A DNA stretch of 64,000 bases from Protoeuglena noctilucae (Eukaryota), in contig OY253676.1 in NCBI GenBank assembly GCA_958009085.1, positions 62,001 through 126,000 of the forward strand, in the 5' to 3' direction. The position numbers were made by a program, and so were the translations under genes. Below the pieces are notes generated by a model. It saw only the letters and a list, made by a program, of their open reading frames with translations, made no database searches and was not told the DNA's origin. Below are positions 12,301 to 24,659 of this stretch, in pieces. Every line of letters begins with the position of its first letter. Position 1 is the first letter of the stretch.

Positions 12301-15300
12301 GATGCCCGTGTCGTCGACGGTGAGCTTGCCGAGGTTGAAGTCGCGGAGGGCGCGGAGGAGGACCTGTGTTGGGGGGTGGGGGGTGAGGTTGAGAGTGAGG
12401 GTGGGGTGAGGTTGGGGTGAGGGTGCAAGGGGTGCAGCCCAGTATCAAGCACCGGGCATGCACAGCAGTGAGTGTATCAAGCGCTTGTATGCCACCCACG
12501 TCACACATCGCATCCGCATCCAGCCTGGTGGCTGGTACCAGCATTAAGCATAGCGCACCCCCGCCCACGCCACATACTAGAAAGTACTACTAATCGACCC
12601 CACCCCATCTCGCCTTCTCCTCGGTCATGTCCCACACCAAGCATGCACCCATGCACCCCATCGCCCATACCCCACACTATTAGATGCTACTAATCACCAC
12701 CCCCCAATCCCCATCTCGCCTTCTCCTCGGTCATGTCCGGCTCCTCCTTTTCGGCGATGCGCTTCATCCCCCCCGCGACGTACAGCGTGGTCTTGATGGC
12801 GCGCAGCTTCCAGTCGTAGTGGCGAGACTTGGACAGCAGGTCCTCGCACAGCTTGTACAAGATGACGAACTTGCGGGAGAGGATCTTGGAGGCCTGGAAC
12901 CCCTCGGCCATCAGCATGATCTCGCAGATGAGGCCCAGGTCGGGCACGACCATCGACACGGGGCGGAAGAGGGCTTTTAGGGACTCGGGCAGCTCGGCGC
13001 GCCCCGGGTAGCCAGGGTTCATGGTGATGAAGGCCATGACAGCGCGCTGGATGGGGATCTCGACTTCCTCGAACACGAAGCGTTCCTTCTGGCTCCTGGG
13101 GAGGGGGGGTGGGGGGGGTTGAGAGGTGAGGGGGGGTGAGTGGTGTGGGTGAGAGAGGGGGTGAGAGTGGGTGGGGTGGCAACGTGTGCGTGTTGACAGT
13201 TGACGGTGCGGCTTTCTAACCAAGTTCAGACAGTAACAGGATAGTAACTACAGCTGTACCCATTCCGCACATCATCGCCAACCTCCCCGCTCATCCCACA
13301 CCCCACAACACAACACATCCCACACCCCACATCTCTCCCCATCTCTCGCCTGAGCGCGTCGAGCACCGTCTTGTACTGCGTGGAGCACACCGACAGCACC
13401 GACACGGGGATGCGGTTGAACTCATCGAAGCACCCCCACGCCCCCGTCTGCGCCAGTCCCTTGTAGATCTGGCCCATGGCGCGGAAGTCCATCTGATCGC
13501 TGCAGTTGAAGACGTAGATCATAGTGGCCAAGTGCCTGGCCAGGTCCTTCACCGTCTCGGTCTTGCCGGTACCCGCGGGGCCGGCGGGGGCGCCGCCCAG
13601 CACCAGGCGCTGGGCCTGGGGGGATGGAGAGGGGGGTGGGGGTAAGTGAATGGGGGTGGGGAGTTGAGAAGAAAGAAGTAGAAACAGCAAGGGAGATGGG
13701 GTTAAGGTGCGGCAGCCACATGCCGCGTCAACACCCACACACACGCGCCCCATCCGCCATGATATAGATCCCGATACCCCCCTCGCCTGGGTGAGTGTGA
13801 TGTAGCAGCGGTCGGTGAGCGGCGTGATGCACAGGCACCCGGGGATGCCGATGTACTCGTAGTTGTAAGGGGCGTCGGCATCCACGATGTTGACCTGCAC
13901 CTCGCCCGTCTTGTCGTGGCGGTAGTATCGCAATTGCGACTGCCACTGGAAGCACGTGCCGTTCTCGACGCGCTCGTCGATGAGGCGCTGCACGACGTCC
14001 CGGCCGTGCACGTCGATGGTGCAGAGCATGATGAGCCGGCGGCGCTCGATCTTGGAGAGCGAGGGGCTGTTGATGACGTCGATGATGTCCGACAGCTGGT
14101 CGATCTGTGGATGGGAGAGGGGGGGGGGGGGGAGAGGGTGGGTGAGAGATGATCGAGGGTTGGTGAGCCAAGGGACTGCGCTCTTAGATGAATGGCGCAG
14201 GGGCTGCCCCGGACACTGTGCCTGTCAGCACCCCTTCCCACTCTCTTCCCACTTAATCTTAATCATCTTACCTGTCTCTGCAGCTCCACCTTGAGCGCCT
14301 CCTCGTTCCCGTCCTCCAACTCCGAGAACGCCTCGTTGATCTCCTGGGTCAAGTAGACGCGCGACACCACCACCGTCATCTGCACCGACATCTTGTTCGA
14401 CTCGCGGATCCAGTCGCGCCGCTTCATCTCCTCGTAAGAGGGCATCGCGCGCTCCTTGAACTCGTAGGAGACGGCTGGGGGGGGTGGGGGGTTAGGGGGA
14501 GTGGGGTGGCTGCGGGATGGGTGCGGTGGGGGCGGCACACGAGGGGGGAAGGATGGAGTGGGTATGTGGGAAGAGTGATGGGGTTGTTTGTCATATCATC
14601 AATTGCCATGTCAACTGCCATGCCACCACCCCCACTATCGGTTACATCCTCACCCTTGCGCATCCAGTCACCATCAACTACCATGCCACAACTCCCATTC
14701 CCACCCTCCGTCACCCCCTCACCCTTGCGCATCGAGTCGACGACCGTCTGCAGCCACACCTCCACCGGCCCGTCGCACAAGCAAGGAGGGGCGAACTCGG
14801 CGGGCGCGAACGGCATGACCTCCCCCTCCTTGCTGGTCATCTGCGTGGCCAGCTTGGTCAGAGCGCCCTTCTCGTCCTCCGCGTAGTCGAGCTTTGCGAT
14901 GTTGTCGAAGCACTTGGGGAGGTGGTCCTGGATCGCCTGGGATTGGGAATGGGGGAGAGGAGAGGGGTGGGTGTATGATATCATAAGGTCCGGGATGGCG
15001 TGTGATTGGGAATGGGGGAGAGGCGAGAGGTTTGGAGTTGTAGTCGGGGAGTGGGGGGGGGTCAGGTGCGGGTGCGACAGGGCCGGGCTTCTGGGCAGTA
15101 ACGGAGATACCACAGCAGCAGTCGAGAGCACACACGTATTTCGCCCGTGAAAGCGCAACACGTCTCGCTCTCTACCCCCACCCTACCCCCACCATCACCC
15201 ACTCACCAGTGGGTTCGACCCCTTGCTGAGCAGGTCCAGCAGCTCGGCGGCCGCCACGAAGTAGAAGCGCGGGAATGCCATGCGCTTCGTCTCCAGATAG

Positions 15301-18300
15301 TCCTGCAGCGCCTTCTCGCACGTCTCTAACTCCTTGTGCATGTTCTCCAGTCTCTCCTGACGGCCCTCGAGGTTGCACGCCTCGACCACGTTGGTGATGT
15401 CGGGGGCCGAGCGCATCAGGTCCTGGGGGGGGGGGGGGGGGGGGTGTAGGGGTGGTGGTGGTGGTGGGGGGTGAGGTGAGGTGGGGTTGGGTGGGTGGGC
15501 GCTAAAACGCAGCAAGACTGCAAGGTGGGAGTGGAAGAAAGCTAAGGTACGATGTGGTTGATGCCGGCACTAGCAATGAACCATATGCGGAATCGCAGGA
15601 GTAGGCAGTTGCTTTGCTGCATTGTCTCCCTCCCACCAATCGCTGACCTGGTAGTCGGTGTTGATGGCGTCGAAACGCTTTGAGTCCTCCGGCAGCTGCA
15701 CACGGATGTCCTGGGACCCCACGAAGATGCTCTCCAGATTCTGCCACTTCTTCTGCACCTCCAGCCACACCTGGGGTTGGGGAGAGGGGATGCGGTGTCA
15801 ATGCGACGCTTGCTATGATCAGCGTGGTCGGCATACGAAGGCATGCAAAGCCATGGGGAGCTAGCTATGAGTTGAGTAGCAAGCCACCATCTAACCGCCA
15901 TCTATCATGAACCCGCCCACCCACCCGATCGCAAGCGCACCCGACCGCACCCACGACCATTACCCCGCCCTCCACCCCTTTCTCACCTGCAGCGTCCCCT
16001 CGACGGTCCCGAGCTTCTTCTGCCACACGTTGACGATCTCCACGAACTTGGGGTTCCCCTGCACGTACTTGCCCCCCGCCATGCCCTGCAGTAGCATGTT
16101 GTCCTGCTCCAAAGCCTCGCGCACTTCGTCGGTCACTTCGACGCTGAAGGTGTCCGGGACGTCCGCGTAGGGCTTGAACTGCAAATCGTGGTTGTTCCAC
16201 GCCTCCTCGATCTTCCGCAGCTGCTTCTCGATCACCTCCTCCTTTTTGGCGCGATCGACAATGTCGCCGACCTCCTCCTGGAACATGTGCAGCTGCAAGT
16301 CCAGCAACGTCCCGAGCGTGAAGCTCTCGTCCATCACGAACTGCTTCCCCGTGGCCTTCATCAGCTGCTTCCAGTGCCGGTCGCGCATCGCGGGGTCGTG
16401 GAGGTCGGACACGAGCGGAAGGGACACCGACATGGCCTTCACCATGTCGTCCAGGTTCTTGTACACCTCGTACGTCCTCGCGGCCTTGCTGAGCGTCCGG
16501 ATGTCCTTGCTCAGCGCTTTGGTGCGCTCGGCGAGCATCTCCGTGTCGATGGACTCCCACTTGGTCGCGCGCCAGTCGTGGAAGATGAAGAACACGTAGG
16601 AGATCATGTCCCAGAGGGACTTCAGGTGCTCCAGCTCCTCCGCGCACCGCGTGAGGTGCACGTAGTCGACCACGTAGAGGTCAAACAGATCCTGGCACTC
16701 CTTCAGGTAATCGGCCTCTTTCATGAGCGCAGTCACGGAGTCCCAGCCGTCCACCTGTGGGGGGGAAGGGAGGATGGGGGGGTTGTAAGGTGGGTGGTGG
16801 ATGTTATTGAGATGTGGTGGGGCTAGGGAGTTGGGAAGCGTGCACCAAGCCGGGCAGCTGTGCATTGCAGCGCAACACTGTCACAGCATCGCGTCACCCC
16901 CATCACTCCCACTCAGTCACCTTGCCGTGGTGGAACTGGTCGAGCGTGCGGTACGCCTCCCAGATCCCCTCCAGCTCGATCTTGCCGCTGGGCGCCGTGA
17001 AGGGCGCGCGCTGCTGGAAGAAGCGCCGGAACTCCTCCACCTTCTGCCCGAATGCGTCGGCGCGGGTGCGGATCTTGGCGCCCTCGATCTGCTGCGCCAG
17101 GGCCACCTAGGGGGGGGGGGGAGGGGGGGAGGAGGGGTGTAAGAGAGAGAGGGGTTGTGTTGGGCTACTTAGGGGGGGGAGGGGTGTGGTTGGGAGGGGT
17201 GTTTGTTGTTAGGGAGAGAGGGGGTGGAGGTTGGTAGGGGCAGGGGAGCGCAGGTTGGTACAGGTGGGAGGAGGGCGAGGGAGTTAGATTGGGACGCAGA
17301 GCTGCATTGACCAAACATGAGTGCACCCTCACATTTACCTCGTTCACACCCCATCCACTCCCTCACCTCCCACCACACCCCATCCCCCACCACTCCCATC
17401 CACCCCTCACCTCCTCTTCCTTCGCCTCCATCTTCTTCTTCAAATTCTCAATCAATACCATCACTACCCACTCCCCATCTCTCACCTCCTCCTTCTTCGC
17501 CTCCATCTTCTTCTCCAAATTCTTCCACAGCCCCGGCACCTCCTCGAGCTTCTGCATGGCACGCTCGGGCACCACGTCGGCCGACGCGTGCATGTGCTGC
17601 CGGAGCAGGTCAACCGTGGCGGTGAGGGGCTCGAACATGGCGTCGGTGCGGTCCTTGCGCTTGCGGATGTCGCGCATGCAGCCCATGACCTGGGGGGGGG
17701 GGGGGGGTTGGGGGGGGGGGGTTGACGGTATGTGCGTGGGCCAAGTGGGTGAGTGAGTGATGAAGGGGTGGGTGGGCAGGTGGGTGGGTGAAGTGGGCAG
17801 GTTGTCCATCGTTACACACGTGATATTACAGATCCCATGACACCCCCACCACTCGCCTTGTACAGGCTCTGATTCATCTGCCACGACGCACCCATCACCA
17901 CAACCCCCCCCCCCCCCCCTTCCCAGTCAATATTGCTCATTGCACATGTGTCATGTACATAACAACTAACCTTGTACAGGCTCTGGTTCATCTGCGACGA
18001 CGCGTCGTTCTCCTCCTCCCCCTCCCCCTCCCCCTCCCCCTGCTCCTCCTCTCCCTCGCCCTCCTCAGCCTCGCCCTCGCCCTCCTCCTCTTCCCCGGAT
18101 GCCGGCTCCTGGGGGGCCGTGTCGTGCTGCGATGGGATAGATAGATGGAGAGAGAGATCATATGTTGTCACGACATGTGTTCACATGTGACGACATTTGG
18201 CGACATTGTACAGTACTGCTCGGGGGCCAGCAATGCTTGGGAACTACTAGGCAGCCCTTAAGGGTGGAAACAACAGCACAGGGTGTGCCAGCGGCGCTCC

Positions 18301-21300
18301 CCGCCCCTCCAACCACCCCCACCCCCACCCCAGCATTGCTCCTCGCCCCCCTCAGTCCCTCCAACCACCCCCACCCAAACAGCGCTCCCCGCCCCCCAAA
18401 CACCCCTAGCCACCCCATCGACAACAAGCAAACAACCACCCGTCCCCTTGCCTGCCCGACCGGGATGTCGAGCGTCTTGTCGGCCTTGTTCACGAAGTCG
18501 TAGAGCTCCTCGATGCTCTCCGTGACCCTGTTCTGCAGGTACCCGGTGAACTTGAACACCCACTGGGAGCACCGGTTGCTCAGCTGGGACTTGATCGTCT
18601 TGCAGGAGACGCGGAGCCAGCCGATGTCCTCCACCGCGCTCATGGCCGACAGCCGCTCCTGCACCGCCTTGTAGCCCAGGATCTGGGGAGGGAGGGGAGA
18701 TATGAGATGGGGTCTAGCTATAAATATATGTGGGTCTGGGCTAGGAGCTCTAAGCAGGGGTGGCGCTGGCGAGTGATGCAGTTGCACGTCAAACGCCAGC
18801 ACGCCCGACCAAAGCAGACTCTCATGCCCCGTCGTCACCACCGCAACCCATGCCGGCATTGAAATTCAAAACAAACCCCCGCCGCTGCAGTCACCTCCCC
18901 CACCCACAGCACATCGACCGCATCACACCCCGCACCCAGTCACCACCCCCATCGACCCCAACCCCCCATATCCTCACCTGTTTATCGAACTTCTCCAAAG
19001 GCGGGTCGTCGACCCTCTCCTTGGTCTCGGGACTGTACACCGCCTCGCGCGCCAGGAACGCCTCCAGCTCTGCCTGGGGGTTCTTGGCCCAGAGGTCCTC
19101 GTACTTCATCATGTCCTCGTAGAACTTGGCGCAGCGCTGCTCGTTCGCCATCACCATCTCCTGAGTGGGGGGGGGGGGGGTGAGCGAGCGTGGGCGATGG
19201 GCTTTGGGTGGGTGTGCGTTTCTCTGTTGCCACTGCTGCTTGAGACACGCACACACACCCCACAGCACACCTCCTTCTCTGTCACCCCTGCTCTCATCAC
19301 ACACACCACACACACAGCCCACACCACTCCCACACCCCTCACCTGCAGCCGCATGATGGCGTCGGCGACCACACACAGCACACACCCACTCACACACAAA
19401 CACCCACCCCCCTTCCGACAGCACGATCAACTCGCCTGCAGCCGTGTGATGGCGTCGGCGACCACGTAGTCGTCCTCGAGCTCGGCCGCGTACGTCCCCT
19501 CCCCGATGTCCAGCCGCTTCATCAGGTTGGCCACGTTCACGATGCGCCTCAGCCAGCCCGTGAACATGTCGCGAATACCGGAGCCGTCGGGCGCGGACCC
19601 GATCTCCGGCACCCATGCCACGCGCGCGCCCTCGTCGGAACCCGCGGGGGGGTCGAGCAATCGGATCTCCACCTCGAGCATCGGCGCGCGGTTGTTCTTG
19701 GCCATCGCGCGCGTGTCGAGCTCCTCCGCCATCTGCCGCAGCGTGGCGAGGATGCACGACGAGATGCCGTCCACCACCACGTTGCCAACATAGTCCACGT
19801 AGCTCTTCCAGGCAGCTGCCCCTTTCGAGACCTTGAGCGTGCGGTTGGAGTTGCTCAAAAGCGCGTGGATCTCGTTGGAGCCCTCCTCGATCTTGCTACA
19901 ACGCGCGTCGATGTGCTCGCGCACGAAGTCCTCCAGGTCGGTCTTGGCGAGGGGCTTGTCTTTGCGGGCGAAAAGCTTGTTGTCCTCCCACACCTTGAGG
20001 GTCGAAGACGTCTTCTTCACGTTGCCCTTGATGGTCGAGAGGATGTCCGAGAGCTCCTTCACCGACGCCAGGACCTGGGGGGTTGATGGGTGGGGGTGGA
20101 GGTGGGGGTGAAGGTGAGGGTGGCAATGGGGCTGGTGATGGGGGTGGGGATGGGGGTGGTGGCGAGCGTTGCATGTGCATGTAGTCATCCATCTGCTACC
20201 CCCCCATCACACACACACAAACACACACGCATCCACCCCCACACCTCCTGTATGTAGTCGCCCACCTCCTAACACACATCACCGCCACACACCCCCACCC
20301 CCTCACCTCCTGTATGTAGTCGTCGATCTTCTGGCTGTTCCAGTTGAGCGTGGTCAGCGCCTTCTGCAGCGTCTTGAGGATCGAGTCAAGGGACTTCTGC
20401 ACCAGCGGGCGCTCGATGTCCAACAGCGTCGTCTGGATGTTGTTGTAGATGCCGGAGATGAGGTCCAGGTTGCCCACCTGGCGGCTGGGGGGGAGAGGAG
20501 GGGGGGTGGGAGTGACGAGAAAGGGTGGGGGTGACGGGTGGTGAGCGACGAGGAAGAGAGGGAGTGTCGGGGGGTGTGTGATATGCGAAGCGATAAGCTG
20601 CGCTGGCTGTGTAGTGGTTGGGATCCCTGCATTGCGCATCTACCGAAGCCCGGCTGCAACCCTTGCTGTGTCACAGCCATCGCAGATCACCCACCGCCCT
20701 CTCACCGGTACACCTCGTTCTTCTCGTACACCTTGCGCGCCTGCTCCGGGATCTCCACCTCCAGAATCATGAAGTACTTGACCTCCCGCAGCAGCCGCAC
20801 GAGGGCCGGATCGAAGTTGACGCGGATGAGGACGGGGTCCGAGGGGTCCTTGACGAGCAGCGGCAGCTTGAGCTTGTCGTCGGAGGTTCGAGCCACCTCG
20901 GCGTACCACTTCTGAATCTTGCCCTGCTCGTACTCGGCCATCGCGCGCGTCAGCACGCCGTACATGAGTCGGATCTCGCCCACCAGCTCGTTCTCCACCC
21001 CGGCCTCCGCCATCGCATCGATCCGCTCCATGGGACCCGCCAGCCGCTGCTTGAGAGACCGCACCCACGCCACGGCCCCCGAGCAGGGCGCGGCGTTCTT
21101 GGGCAGGCTCGGGCTCTCCTTCGCACTGTGGAACATCAGGTACACCGCCTTGATGTCCTCGTGGAAGGCCGCGAGCAGGTCGTCGGTCTTCTTCTCCAGG
21201 TCGGCCTTGATGATGTCGCGATCGAGCAAGCCCTCAAACCCGTCGAGCAGTTTGAACGTGGCGTCGACCGTGTTGCAGTCGTCGAAGGCCTTGGTGATCA

Positions 21301-24088
21301 CCGACCCCAGCTGCCGCTCCAGCTCTCGCACCGTCGAGCGGAATCGGTAGAAGTCGGACTCGAACTGGCGCTCGTCCACGTCCATCAGGTTGTACTCCAC
21401 CTGGGGGGGGACAGAGGTATTAGGAAGTGAGTAATGGGTGTGGATTGGGACTGTAGCAGTCCCGACAGGGTGGGGAGGGGTTAACCGTGAGGGGTAAGGT
21501 GGGGGGGAGGGGGGGGGGTGGGGAAGTCGGAGAAACTCAGGGGGAAGTGAGCAGTGGGTGTGAATTGAGACTGTAGCAGTCTTGATAGGGTGGGGAGGGG
21601 TGGTCCCAACATGCATCGGAGGCTTGGCAGTGAGGGCAGCGCGACGGCATCGCCCCACACGCACAGCCTGGCTATCCAAACCGGATTACAGGGTTAGCCA
21701 ACCACAAACACATCCACCTAGACACTCAACCCACAATTCCTCGCCTGGCTCAGCTCCTCCCGGGCCTTGAGGAACTCGGTGTAGATCTGCTTGACCGTGA
21801 TGGTGAGCCCCTTGCCGTGGGTGCCGCCGATCTCGACGCGCTCCAGCCGCAGGAACTGCAGCATGGTCTCGGCCAGCTCGAGCAGGTCGTGCACGCGCTC
21901 GAGGAAGGCGTCGAGCCGCGCGAATAATGCCGAGTTCTGGAAGCGCCAGGGGTTGTCGGGGCACTCGTGCGCGGACTTGGACCGGTACTCGAAGTAGATG
22001 CTCTTGAAGGTGCCCAGGACGCGCAGGGCCATCTTGAGCTGCGTCACGGCGTCCTGGGGCTCGTCGGAGAGCACCTTGTCCGCCTCCACGTACTTGCACG
22101 CCTGGGCGATGAGGTCGTTGCAGATCTCGCGCATCAGGATTACCATGCGCTGGGGGGTGTTGTAGTGTTTCGAGTGCTTCCAGACCAACAGGACCTGGTG
22201 CATGAGCGGGCGGAACATGCCCGCCAGCTGCGGGAAGTCGTCCGAGAGCGACAGGCGCTCGAACCCTTTCTCCATCGGGCGTAAAAAGCGCAGGATGTGG
22301 TTGGCCTCGGCGCGCGCGTGCAGGACCTCCTTGAACAGCCGGCGGAAGGCCGTGTAGTACGTGCTCTTGGCCAGCTCCAGCACCCGCACCACCTTGGCGA
22401 TGCGCTCGCCCGAGACCTGCTCGTGGATTGAGTTGAGGTCCGCCGCACGGTGGCGCCAGAACTCGAGCTGCGAGGGAGAAAGAGGGTGTCATGTGCGGTG
22501 AGGAAGCAGCTATCGGAGCTCGCGTCGCTGTCGGCGACCGGAGCAGGGGAAGGCATTGAGTGGGACGGACGCTTGCGTGCGCAAGCGACCCTAGCGCCCC
22601 CCGGCATGGCAAAAGGCCCTCGCTGCTGCGCCCGGCCGGGGCTGTTAAAGCGACGCTCACCTCGGCGAGGGGTCCCGGGTGCTTGTCGGGCCCCTGAAAG
22701 ACCGAGTCCGGCTCCAGCTTGAGCACGTTCTTGATCTGGCGCGTCCACGTCACAACCGCCGACTCAATCACGTGGATAAGCTCCTTGTCGCCCACGTGGC
22801 TCTCGGGGGTGCCGTCGCCGCCCTCCAAGGGGGGCAGCGGCAGGAGCGTCTTGCCCTGCGGAGTGTATTACGAAGGGCGGGATTGATGGCGAGCATTGAA
22901 GCGGACACGCTGCACTCGCGGAGCGATCGGTGCGGGCCGCACCTGCGTCTGTCCGATGGTGACGTAGACGTTCGCCACGAACTTGTGCATGTTGTCCATG
23001 ACCTCGTGCGCGATGACCTCGGGCCAGCCGGCCTGGTTGCGCGGGTTGGTCAGGATGGGCAGGAAGACCTGCGGAGGGGCGGGGAGGGCCGCCGGTCGTT
23101 CGAGCGGGAGTATGGACTTACTTTCGAGCTTCCGCGGTGACTCGCGCGGAGAGCAACGCGTGCTCGTGGCCGTCACCTCCTGCGAGAGCGCATTGAGCTG
23201 GTCGAGCGGATTCTCGGCGAGCTCGCCGGCGATGACGTCCGACGCGATGTCCTGGCCAACCGGCTCGTGCCCATTGCGCTTGACGAAGTACAGGCTCTTG
23301 CGCCGGAGCTTGCTGGGGGGCTTGAACGTCAGCACGGGCTCCTTGCCGTCGCCCAGCACGAGGAGCAGGCGCGTCTCCGTGGTGTTGAGGAACGTGGACA
23401 GAGCCTCCCTGCAAGCGGGATGAGGGGACCGGGGGGGTCGCGCGGGAGGCGTCGCGGCAGCCCACCGATTCGGCCAAGCATGTCGTGGCAGCCCCGGCGC
23501 AGGGGGGCCACGCCGTGACCCGCGCGCCAAGCATCACAATGACAAGGACATTAGCAAATCATTGGGATGCGCCAGGGAGGCATCCGAGCTCCCTGGCCCG
23601 CGCCGCGGGCAACTTTAACGCGGCCACCCCACTCCGCCCCTCCGGCGCGCTGTGCGACCCCCGACTCACTTGATCTCGTCCACCTGCGAAAACAGCCTCT
23701 CCACCAACTCCTCCTTGTATCCCAGGTGCTCGACCGTCTTCTGCGGGTCGGGGAGAGCCAGGCAGGGAAGTTGAGGGGGCATGATCGTGAAAGCCGCGAT
23801 ACGTCGCATGAGATCAAATAAAGGGCCGGACAAAGGCTGCGGGGGGACCCGTCGTCGCCGAACGGGACCGGGCAGGGGAGGGGGCCACGAGGGTTCGAGC
23901 GTGGGCGCGCAATTGGCGTAGACTCGGCGTGGAGTGTCACCAGAATGTCGCCATCGAGCGGCGGGCGGAGAATCCGGCCCGGAGATGCGTCGGATGGGCA
24001 GGGTACGGGGCAGGCATGCGCGTCCCACCTGAGCGATCCAGTTGACCCTGTTGTCCACCTTGGCGATCCCTGCGTCGTCGTCCGCCAT
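3383..24088 (-). CDS. ODA4: Axonemal outer-arm dynein heavy chain beta; 30 exons / 29 introns by manual splicing
   Basis: Starts [20 protein letters not shown] and ends [15 protein letters not shown]. It has the tail domains, the linker (FPRFYFV), AAA1 GPAGTGKT and [11 protein letters not shown]2 [11 protein letters not shown]3 [11 protein letters not shown]4 GVGGSGRQS, a coiled-coil stalk/MTBD (7576-8287), AAA5 [11 protein letters not shown] and AAA6 SLGQGQ. The termini resemble Chlamydomonas beta DHC as recalled; no search was run. Confidence 0.93.
21423..21601. repeat. Intronic ~59-bp direct repeat (21423-21481 and 21543-21601), each copy with a small hairpin
   Basis: ggaagtgagtaatgggtgtggattgggactgtagcagtcccgacagggtggggaggggt versus ggaagtgagcagtgggtgtgaattgagactgtagcagtcttgatagggtggggaggggt. 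Confidence 0.9.
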
Positions 24089-24659
24089 TCCCTTCACGTT
24101 ATCGTTGCGCTGCCGGGGCCTCCGGCTGTCTGGACGTCCACAAACACCAGAGTAATTTCAACGCTACACGTCCAAGACAGGAAGTGATGCAGGCACACAC
24201 AGGTCCTCACGACAACGTACACAGGCAGCTACACGGTCAGGCATCTGTACAGCAAACGCCGGCCCGGGCGCTGGTGGCGGGGAGGGGGTGTCCCCACACC
24301 CCCTTTCTTGCAGGGCAAATCGCGTTAAGGCATTAGATGGCCCGCCGGCGAAGCGGTCGCTTGCCAAATGTCATACAATCAGCTCACGGAGGGTGGACGT
24401 TTTGGTTAAGTGTGCTCCGGTTTCGCTGCTGGAGCTGGCATGTCGCCGGCAGGGGCGGGAGCGTTCTAGCCCGTCTCGCCCGGCACGACGAGCTGTCGAA
24501 ACTGTTTGTTAGCATTTGCGGTATCGTCGGCTTGCAGGGGCGACATCGGCTTTGCGCCTGGGGTTCCCGGACCCCAGGCTCTGACCTGCCCACCGGGCGG
24601 ACCGCGACAGGACCTAGCAAAGAGGGTGACTCCGTTGCTGGGTCAGCGTGCCCGCGACA
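24089..24659. promoter_or_regulatory. Head-to-head intergenic region (5' UTRs and a probable bidirectional promoter) between dynein beta and the ARM-like gene
   Basis: 571 bp separate two divergent start codons (24088 on -, 24660 on +). No specific motif was identified. Confidence 0.5.

Noticed and set aside
17972..18108. Glu/Gly-rich stretch as a foreign insertion
   Set aside because: It is an in-frame exon with proper splice sites encoding an acidic loop of the dynein tail.
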